This document shows positions 55,024 to 64,000 of a DNA stretch of 64,000 nt, piece after piece. Location of the stretch: the NCBI GenBank assembly GCA_964016885.1, contig OZ024761.1, forward strand, positions 16,306,001 through 16,370,000, in the 5' to 3' direction. The number at the start of each line of letters is the position of its first letter. Positions within the stretch are counted from its first letter, which is position 1. Both the position numbers and the translations under genes were made by a program. The stretch is from Eledone cirrhosa. Lineage: Eukaryota. The notes beneath the pieces were generated by a model that was not told where the DNA came from, did no database searches, and saw only the letters and a program-made list of their open reading frames with translations.

Positions 55024-55590
55024 TACGAGGATCAACTGAAAAGTTCACAGGCTGACCAAGATACTCTCATGGAATCTGACCAAATGAGGTTTATGTTTCA
55101 ATATAGTCCCCCTTCTTCCAACAGTGTTGCAGTGCTTGAAGAAGCTTTCATTCTGTTGGTCAAAAATGTCCTCAACAGCAGATATGTCATCATCACTACG
55201 ATATTGGTTCCCAGCCAAGGGTTTTTTCCTGTTGGGGAACAGATGATAGTCAGATGGGGCCAAATCAAGAGAATAGGGAGGGTGATCAACCAGTTCAAAG
55301 CTACAGTGTGCACAGAAGCCATTGAAACCAAGGACTTTTGTGTTGGAGCATTGTCCTGATGAAACAAGACCTCTTTTGTCAGTTTTCCTGGGCATTTGCT
55401 CTTGATTGTCTTTTGTAACTGCCTCAGCAAATAGGCAGAGCACTCTTCATTGATGGTGTGGCCCTTTTAAAGATAGTCAATGAACACGTCTTTTGCATCC
55501 CCCAAAAAACTGAGGCAACCACCTTTTCTGCAGATGAAACAACCTTGGCCTTTTTTGTAGCAGGTGAGGAGGGTTGTTTCCACTGCATGG
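55024..55590 (-). mobile_element. mariner (DD34D) transposase remnant with one TIR
   Basis: WKQPSSPATKKAKVVSSAEKVVASVFW; HQDNAP; HPPYSLDLAPSDYHLF; TIR TACGAGGATCAACTGAAAAGTTCACAGGCTGAC. Confidence 0.9.
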
Positions 55591-55978
55591 ATTGTCTCAT
55601 TCTCGCTAGTGTTGGTGATTTACATGATAAACACACCCCCATACAAGCTGTAAAGTTGGGTTGGCGATAGGAAGAGCATCCAGCCATATAAACTTTGCAA
55701 AACAAACAGTTTGGAGGATTCTCAGTTGCGTTAATGGCATGACACCCTCTCCTGAACACTCGGTGGAATGCGACACCATATATAGGCAAGACACAGATCC
55801 CTGGGAAATCAGTATCTCTACTTCAGTACTGACTTGGTTTATGTAGACCTGTCCAACCCTTTCTAGTATGGAATGAGGATGTTAAAATGATGATGATGAT
55901 ATATATGTGTAAGTTTATATTGTTTCGAGATCAAATTGTTTTTAACTAGTAACATCTTAAATATATATATATATATAA

Positions 55979-56009
<31 letters not shown>

Positions 56010-56012
56010 AAT

Positions 56013-56062
<50 letters not shown>

Positions 56063-56339
56063 TTATTTATTTATTTATATATTTATTTATTTATATATTT
56101 ATTTATTTATATATTTATATATTTATTTATTTATTTATTTATATATTTATATATTTATTTATTTATTTATATATTTATTTATTTATTTATTTATATATAT
56201 ATTTATTTATTTATATATATGTTGGTATTTTAATGATAGTTATAGCTCTGATTTCTCTGAATTATTGAGCCCTCTGCCACTCATGTCGAATTTTGTTTAT
56301 CGTGAACTCGTGCGCCGATTTTTCGATACTCGATTATTC

Positions 56340-56375
<36 letters not shown>

Positions 56376-56400
56376 TTATTTATTTATTTATATATATTTA

Positions 56401-56450
<50 letters not shown>

Positions 56451-56452
<2 letters not shown>

Positions 56453-57745
56453 CTGATGGACCAGGTCATGAAAGTAACAGAAAGAGTTATAGCACAGTTG
56501 ATTAGGGACCGGGTGAAACTAGATGAGATGCAATTTGGGTTTGTTCCAGGAAGAGGCACCACTGATGCCCTCTTCCTTGTGAGGCAGTTACAGGAAAAGT
56601 ACCTAACTAAAAGTAAGCCACTCTACCTGGCATTCGTCGACCTTGAGAAAGCCTTTGACAGAGTTCCACGTGCTATAATCTGGTGGGCTCTTAGAAAACT
56701 AGGAGTAGATGAATGGCTTGTGAAAGCTGTACAAGCAATGTATAGGGGAGCAGTCAGCAAAGTTAGGATTAGCAATGAGTATAGCGAGGAATTTAGCGTA
56801 CAGGTTGGTGTCCACCAGGGCTCTGTTCTTAGCCCTCTCCTGTTCATCATAGTCCTGCAGGCAATAATGGAGGAGTTTAAGACTGGATGCCCATGGGAAC
56901 TCCTGTATGCAGATGACCTCGCACTTATAGCTGAATCTATGGTAGAACTAGAGAAGAAATTCCAAACTTGGAAGCAGGGACTAGAAAGAAAGGGTCTCAA
57001 AGTCTAAGGTCCTTGTAAGTAGATGAAAAAACAGAACCCAGATCCCCTCAGAGAAATGGCCTTGCTCAGTATGTAGGAAAGGTGTAGGTAGGAACTCCAT
57101 TCTCTGCCCCAAATGCAAACAATGGGTACACAAGAGATGTAGCGGGATCTCAGGAAGCTTAATTAAGGCTTCACATGTAGCAGCTGTGCTGGGACATCAA
57201 GCAGCAAACAGCCACAGGAAACAAGTACCACCAATCTCTGGGAGGGCTCTGTAGAAACAGTAGACAGCTTCTGCTACCTAGGTGACCGAATTAGCAGCGG
57301 AGGTGGGTGTTCAGAAAGTACAATAACTAGGGTAAGAATGGGATGGAAGAAGTTCAGGGAACTACTGCCACTGCTAGCTACAAAAGGCTTCTCCCTCAAA
57401 ATGAAAGGCAGACTGTATGATGCGTGTATCCGAACAGCAATGTTACATGGTAGTCAGACCTTGGCGCTGAAGGTGGAAGACTTACGTAGATTAGAAAGAA
57501 ACGAAGCCTGCATGCTCCGATGGATGTGTAATAGTAATATACGCGAACGGCAAAGCATAAATGAATTGAGAGAGAGACTGAGCATAAGAGGAATCAAATG
57601 CTGTATGCAGGAGAGGCGGTTGCGTTGGTATGGACATGTGATGCGTATGAAGGATGATAGCTGCATAAAAAGGTGCAGAGCACTAGAAGTCAATGGAAAC
57701 TGCGGAGTGGGGAGACCCAAGAAGACCTGATAAAAGCTGACCTTA
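56451..57745 (+). mobile_element. 5'-truncated RTE-clade LINE (RT + PHD-like finger), disrupted
   Basis: QFGFVPGRGTTDA, FVDLEKAFDRVP, GVHQGSVLSPLLF, LLYADD, RRLRWYGHV, GRPKKT; stop at ~57005. Confidence 0.94.
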
Positions 57746-57759
57746 CCCAATTACACCTC

Positions 57760-58142
57760 TCAAAGGCGATGACACACGACCGTGACCTCTGGCATCACGC
57801 AGTAATACAGAGTACCCGACCTCCCATGGGTACAAGCTGAAGCATATAGACAATATGCCCCCACACCCTCCCACTGCAAAGTGGTCGTGGAGTTGCCACG
57901 GCAAAAAAGCACCCAGCCCACACTGTAAAGTGGACATGTAGGCGCCACAGAAAAAAGCACCCAGCACTCACTGTAAATGAGGTTGGTGTTAGGAAGGGCA
58001 TCCAGCTGTAGAAATCAAGCCAAAATCAGTTCCTGTATGAGCAAGGCATGGTCAGCCGACCAGACACTGCCCACAACAGGACAACCTGTCTAACCCATGC
58101 TAGCATGGAAGAACAGATGTAAAACGGTGATGATGATGATGA
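57760..58142 (+). mobile_element. SINE-C
   Basis: Reverse complement of 47630-47967; tail CCATGCTAGCATGGAAGAACAGATGTAAAACGG(TGA)n. Confidence 0.8.
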
Positions 58143-58519
58143 TATATATATATATTTATATATATATATTTATTTATATATATATATATTTATTTTTATA
58201 TATATATATATATACAAATATAAATTACCGAGAATCGTATTTCGGCTATTGGAAATTAGCGAAAAACTACTTCCGAGATGTGTGGCAAGCGCTCCATAGA
58301 AGCTAAGTGAACTAGAGCTACAACATAAGTTAAAAGGCCAAACACACTGAGACGATGGTTAAACCATTATCCGCACAGCCATAGAAATGACAAAGTAATT
58401 CGGGTCAAACAAATAAAATATGATTGAAAATAATACCCGGACCCCTGGAAGATTGGTAAAATCCAGCATTTGGGTTTCTGCAACTCCTAAATAAGGTACT
58501 GTTTGCTTAGACAAATAAT

Positions 58520-58708
58520 TGTTTCTACTTTTGGCACAAGGCCAGCAATTTCCCAGTGTATTACTGGTACTTTATTTTATCGACCCCGTAAGGATGAAAG
58601 GCAAAGTTAACCTCGGCGGGATTTGAACTCAGAATGGCAAGGGCCGTAACTCTATGCGTCAAAGCATGGCGTCCGACCCTCTACCGATACTGCCACTCAA
58701 CCGCCCTC
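58520..58708 (-). mobile_element. SINE-A with 16-bp TSD
   Basis: TGCTTAGACAAATAAT at 58504-58519 and 58709-58724. Confidence 0.92.
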
Positions 58709-58819
58709 TGCTTAGACAAATAATGTTAAGCTTTTGGTAAGATGATTGACCAAGGAAGTCACTTTCTCAACAGGCTTTTAGTGTTCAAGTGCCAAACCAA
58801 GGACTGACCGTTATCAAAA

Positions 58820-58972
58820 CCTGAACTCCGGCTGTTTCGACAGCTAGATCCGAAATGGCCGGAGTTCAGCCACCGGGGTCCTGAATCTTTTTATATAACT
58901 CACTCTACTACTCCAAGTATCGAGTACCGTGGTGGGTTATGGTTCACCTGGGTTTTTTACGACACCCTATCT
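58820..58972. mobile_element. Fold-back element family, copy 2
   Basis: CTGAACTCCGGCTGTTTCG...CGAAATGGCCGGAGTTCAG hairpin plus shared body. Confidence 0.7.
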
Positions 58973-59029
58973 GATATACATACATACATACATATATATA
59001 CACACACACACACACACCACCACACAAAT

Positions 59030-59195
59030 GGTATCATTCCACTGCAAAGTAGTCGTGGAGGTGCCTCGGGAAAAAAGCACCCACCACTCACAGTAAATGA
59101 GGTTGGTGTTAGGAAGGGCATCTAGCTGTAGAAATCAAGCCAGAATCAGTTCCCGTCCCACCCTTGCAAGCAGGGAAAAAGCGGATGTAAAATGA
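59030..59195 (+). mobile_element. SINE-B 3' half
   Basis: Homologous to 17870-18030. Confidence 0.85.
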
Positions 59196-59209
59196 AATGA
59201 GGAAATGAT

Positions 59210-59256
<47 letters not shown>

Positions 59257-59300
59257 ATCATCATCGTTTAATGTCTATCTTCCACGCTAGCATGGGTTTA

Positions 59301-59345
<45 letters not shown>

Positions 59346-59463
59346 TAAGTATTTCTGTAGAAAAGGTAAAGGAAAGAAGAGTGCTCTATGTATAGAACAG
59401 AGCTGTTTAATTATATAACAAACAACACAATATAATTATTCCATTACCCAATGTTTCACCAAG

Positions 59464-59502
<39 letters not shown>

Positions 59503-59506
<4 letters not shown>

Positions 59507-59692
59507 GAAGGAATTGTGGTCAGGAACCAGGTGGACCATAACGCACCAAAGTACTCAATACTTAGGGTAGTAGAGTGGGTAATAGGAACAAGTAAGACCC
59601 CCGACGGCTGAGCTCAAGCCGTTTCGAAGGCTAATTCTGAATTAGCCATCGAAACGGCTTGAGCTCAGCCGTCGGGGTCTTACTTGTTCCTA
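59503..59692. mobile_element. Fold-back element family, copy 3
   Basis: ~55-bp arms centred on T59638, inside (TA)n. Confidence 0.78.
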
Positions 59693-60074
59693 TATATATA
59701 TATATATATATATAGTGTTTGTGAGGTCACGTGTAGTAGTATATATGGTGGTGGTGGTGGTGAATACATGTGGTTGTAGTAGCCATAATAATGATAATAG
59801 TGGTGGTTTGTGATGGTAGTAGGTACCATGCTGGCTATGATCTTATTACAATAGGGGGCGCCACATTGAGTCAGACAACTAACAACAATAACAACAACAA
59901 TAATGGCAGTTAAGATTGTTCTCATTATGTCATAATACACTTTGCCTTCTTTTACACCTCCTACCACTAGAAACCTCCACCCCACCACATCTTATCACAC
60001 CATTACCTAGCTTCCCTCTTCACACACACACTCTCTCTCTCTCTCTCTCTCCTTTCTCACTTCCCCTACCTTTT

Positions 60075-60850
60075 ACTACCACCACACCACCACCACAGCC
60101 ACTGTCACCACTACTATCACCAACACCACCATTGTCACCACCACCACCACCACCACCACCATTGTCACCACCACCACCACCACCACCATTGTCACCACCA
60201 CCACCACCACCACCACAGCCACTGTCACCACTACTATCACCAACACCACCACCACCACCATACCACCACCAAACCACCATACCACCACCACCACCACACC
60301 ACCACCACCACCACACCACCACACCACCACCAAACCACCACCAAACCACCACACCACCACACCACCACCAAACCACCACCACCACCACCAAACCACCACA
60401 TCACCACCAAACCACCACACCACCACCAAACCACCATACAACCACCACCACCACCAAACCACCATACCACCACCACCACACCACCACCACCACCACACCA
60501 CCACCAAACCTCCATACCACCACCAAACCTCCACACCACCACCAAACCTCCACACCACCACCAAACCACCATACCATCACCCCCCCCCAAACCTCCACAC
60601 CACCACCAAACCTCCATACCACCACCACCACACCACCACGACCACCAAACCTCCACACGACCACCAAACCTCCACACCACCACCAAACCACCATACCACC
60701 ACACCACCACCAAACCTCCATACCACCACCAAACCACCATACAACCACCACCACCACCAAACCATCACACCACCACCAAACCTCCACACCACCACCAAAC
60801 CACCATACCACCACCGCCAAATCTCCATACCACCACCAAACCACTACTTA
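60075..60850. repeat. (CCA)n-rich low-complexity repeat
   Basis: Direct reading. Confidence 0.9.
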
Positions 60851-61196
60851 ACACTGTCACTCCTCTCTTTCTCTCCCTATCGCCGCCACTTAACACTCAC
60901 ATATCTCTTTCCCTACCACCGCCATCATTACCAATCTTTTTCTAACACCACCATCACCACCTCAACCATTGTCACCACCACCACCACTACCACCAGCCCC
61001 ATTACAACCACTGTCACCACTTAACAGTGTCACTCCTCTCTCTCTCTCTCCACCACCACTTAACACTTCAACGTTGTTCTCCCATCATTTGCCACCACCA
61101 CTTTAATACCACCACATACCTCCTCCCGCTTCCCTCTTTCACTTCGCTTTTTACACATCCTTCTCACTCTCTTTTATTCACACACACACACGCACA

Positions 61197-61227
<31 letters not shown>

Positions 61228-61294
61228 GCTTTCGGTCTCTTTCTCAGTATTTCTTTCTCCCCCTGTTGTTCAGGGTCCTTCTCTGTCTCTCCGT

Positions 61295-61372
<78 letters not shown>

Positions 61373-61714
61373 ACTCTTTTAGCCCCAGGTCAACCATGAT
61401 CAAGCAGATCTATAAATATCTCCAGTCCTACCCAACCTGTCTTTATTTAAAAAAAAAAAGGTACTAGTTCTCGTATATCTCGGACTATATTGTCCAACAA
61501 GTCACCCCTCCTTCTCCATGACGTTAGGGCGGGGTTTTAGATGTATTTAGCTGTCCTTTCTAGCAAGTTGAGTGACCACATAGAAGGCACCCCTTCCTCA
61601 ACCATTCGTTCGTGATCAAGTTGTTGATGTTGTTGATTAGCCCTTGATCAGCCCCGATCCGGCAGATATGTGCTTAAAGACGTTCCAGTCACGACCAACC
61701 CAATTTTTTAAAGA

Positions 61715-61940
61715 TGCCCAGGAAAGAACAGCTGGACAGATTTTACTGGCAAACCAACCGGCAGGAGACCCAGAGGTAGATTCCGAACAAGATGGTTGGA
61801 TAACATCCATGAGCTTCGTTGGTCTCGCTTGGGGATCCAGCGGGATCAGTTGGAGACGGTTGCTTCTGACAGGACCCGCTGGAAGGAGTGTTTGAGGACT
61901 CTGCTCACTCGGCCCTCTCAGGAATAATTAGGTGAAGAAG
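61715..61940 (+). mobile_element. RTE-like LINE 3' fragment
   Basis: Homologous to the 5985 and 43270 fragments. Confidence 0.65.
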
Positions 61941-62337
61941 AGCCGTCCAGTTTACATTATACGGTGTCTCCTTTTTTATTTTTTTAAACAAAAAGACAGT
62001 TTGAGGATGTTGTAGATACTATTTCTAGCATGCCGGTGTGACCACGTAGCGTCATTGTTGTTTAGTAGTCTACTCGTCAACCCCAATCGATTAGATCTAT
62101 GATCAAAGTCATTTCAACCGTGAACTTCCCATCATCTATTTATGTGCAAGGAAACCATAGCCACGTTTTGTTTTTGTTACTGTTTTGTTGTTGCAGTTGT
62201 TGTCCAAGGTGTGATTTGCGGAGATATTTGGCTGTTGTTTCTAACGATCTGACGAGCGCTATTATCAAAGCTACTCTGGCTGTGACCAATCCATGCAGAG
62301 AACTCAGACATATCCAACGTGTCTTTTATTTATATAA

Positions 62338-62582
62338 TTGTTTCTACTTTTGGCACAAGGCCAGCAATTATCCCAGTGCATTACCGGTACTTTATTTTAT
62401 CGACCCCGTAAGGATGAAAGGCAAAGTTAACCTCGGCGGGATTTGAACTCAGTTACAGCCCTTGCCATTCTGAGTTCAAATCCCGCCGAGGTTAACTTTG
62501 CCTTTCATCCTCACGGGGTCGATAAAATAAAGTACCAGTAATACACTGGGTAATTGCTGGCCTTGTGCCAAAAGTAGAAACA
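62338..62582. mobile_element. Head-to-head inverted SINE-A halves forming a ~115-bp-arm hairpin
   Basis: - copy ~62338-62452, 17-nt spacer, + copy ~62470-62582. Confidence 0.9.
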
Positions 62583-62685
62583 GAAATATTAATATACGTC
62601 TGGATCGTTTACCGGACAGAGATAACATTGACTAGGATCCAGAAAACTTTGATAATGGAGTAGTTATATATTGTGATATATATAT

Positions 62686-62832
62686 TACTGCAATGCCAGG
62701 CCAACCCGTAGCAAAGGCAGAGCAAGCCTCTAACCTTTCACCTATTTCCAAAAATCAGTTTAACATCGATTAAGATATTAAGCTAAGAACAGATACTACA
62801 CTTTGATCTTAGCCAAAAGGCCGAGAAGTGAA
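62686..62832 (-). pseudogene. U2: U2 snRNA pseudogene (internal deletions, 3' truncated)
   Basis: TTCACTTCTCGGCCTTTTGGCTAAGATCAAAGTGTAGTATCTGTTCTT; Sm site GATTTTTGG; GCTTGC loop; CCTGGCATTGCAGTA stem-loop IV 5' half; stem IIa/IIb largely deleted. Confidence 0.9.
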
Positions 62833-62886
62833 TGTCTTTACTGGACTTTCTTCTGTTTCTCCATTGTGATCCTGTCTCTACTTGTA

Positions 62887-62920
62887 CTCTCGAAGAAGGG
62901 CTTAAGCCTGACACGTCGAC
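62887..62920 (+). ncRNA. Degenerate minimal hammerhead-like motif
   Basis: CTCGAAGA-AGGGC(TTAA)GCCT-GACA-CG-TC-GA; both core boxes deviate from consensus. Confidence 0.3.
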
Positions 62921-63010
62921 CGTTCTTTCCTCTTTCTAATATAAAGCATGTACCTGTTTGTTGTCTCCTTGAACTGTATATGTGTATGTGTGTGTGTATA
63001 CAATATATAT

Positions 63011-63180
63011 AAGAAAAGAGCCAGGACCCCCGCCGGCTGAGCTCCGGCCGTTTCGACAGCTAGGTCTGAACGCCGTCGGAGTCCTGACTCTTTTCCTATT
63101 ACTCACTCTACTACCCTACGTATCGAGTACTCTGGTATGTTATGGTCCACCTGGTTCCTTAACCACACTTCCTTCGTTAC
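63011..63180. mobile_element. Fold-back element family, copy 4
   Basis: AAAAGAGCCAGGACCCCCGCCGGC / GCCGTCGGAGTCCTGACTCTTTT arms plus shared body. Confidence 0.72.
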
Positions 63181-64000
63181 AATACACACACACACACATA
63201 TATACATATATATATAGGATGTGTAAATAAACATACACACACATAGGATGTGTGGCCTGAGGAAGATTTCTCTGTCATTTCTAACAGGATGAGTGACCAT
63301 GTAGAGGTTCTCTCCGACACTGATGATGGTGGTGGTGGTGGTGACTGTTCTTTTCTTTGCCCCCGCCCTCCCCCTGCTACTTTCGCCCTGTGTTAACGTG
63401 AAATATATTACTAACCTAAAAACCTAATTGTTCAACTGTAAACCCCCCCCACCACCACCACCACTGGATTCGTTGCCCTTCCCTTTTCTCTTCTTCTTCC
63501 TTCTTATCCTCGCTCTTTCTCACTATTTTTTTTTTCTCTTTCTATTATTACACATACATACACTTCTACTTCCCTCTCTCACTCTGTCTCTCGTTCACAA
63601 CGCATACACTCCTACTCTACCCACCACCTTTACTTCTTTCCTCCTTCCACTCATTTGTCATCTCTGCCGCCGCCACCACACGTGGCTTCTGTCTTTCTCT
63701 TTTTCTCTTTCTTTTTACTTCGCCACCGCCATCGCCCCCCTTTCAACTGTTTTCTTTTATTTCCTCTCCCTTTGACATCACCTCCCACCATTACTCTCAC
63801 TCGTTTGTTCACCGCTGCCGTCACCATCACCACCACCACCGTCTCCACGAACTCAGTGTTGTTGGTGGCGGTGGCAGTGGTGGTTGGAGGTAAGGTGAGC
63901 TGGCAGGAGGGTTTCTTGCTCATCTTCATGCTCGCTTCTTACCCACCCTCATCCTCATCTTGTCTCCCCCCCCCCCTCCTCCTCCAGACACTGCTCCCCT

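Noticed and set aside
55356-55366. CTGATGA-type boxes at 55357, 5622, 9520, 30228 and 62249 as hammerheads
   Set aside because: No stem II plus GAAA; two lie within transposase or RT coding sequence

Overview
A repeat-saturated animal genomic window. The extreme (TA)n/(CA)n/(CAT)n/(CCA)n microsatellite density and the SINE/LINE content suggest a cephalopod such as Octopus, but this is inference only. I could not identify an intact host protein-coding gene, and nearly all listed ORFs are microsatellite or tandem-repeat artefacts. Recognisable content: two decayed RTE-clade LINEs (each with a PHD-like finger) plus several 3' fragments, a truncated Tx1/L1-like RT element, CR1-like, CRE-like and I/Ingi-like 3' fragments, mariner remnants/MITEs, hAT and piggyBac-like MITEs with TSDs, many tRNA-derived SINEs of at least three types, several TE-derived minisatellites (including a 2.4 kb 30-bp satellite matching an RTE coding motif), and a U2 snRNA pseudogene. 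The most notable signal is a set of short non-coding cassettes lodged in (TA)n tracts. They carry type-I hammerhead ribozyme motifs with palindromic stem III next to AATAAA, and repeatedly show fold-back inverted duplications, including a ~270 bp near-perfect palindrome with a hammerhead on each strand. They resemble Penelope-like pseudo-LTR or retrozyme-type elements. All folding was done by eye.
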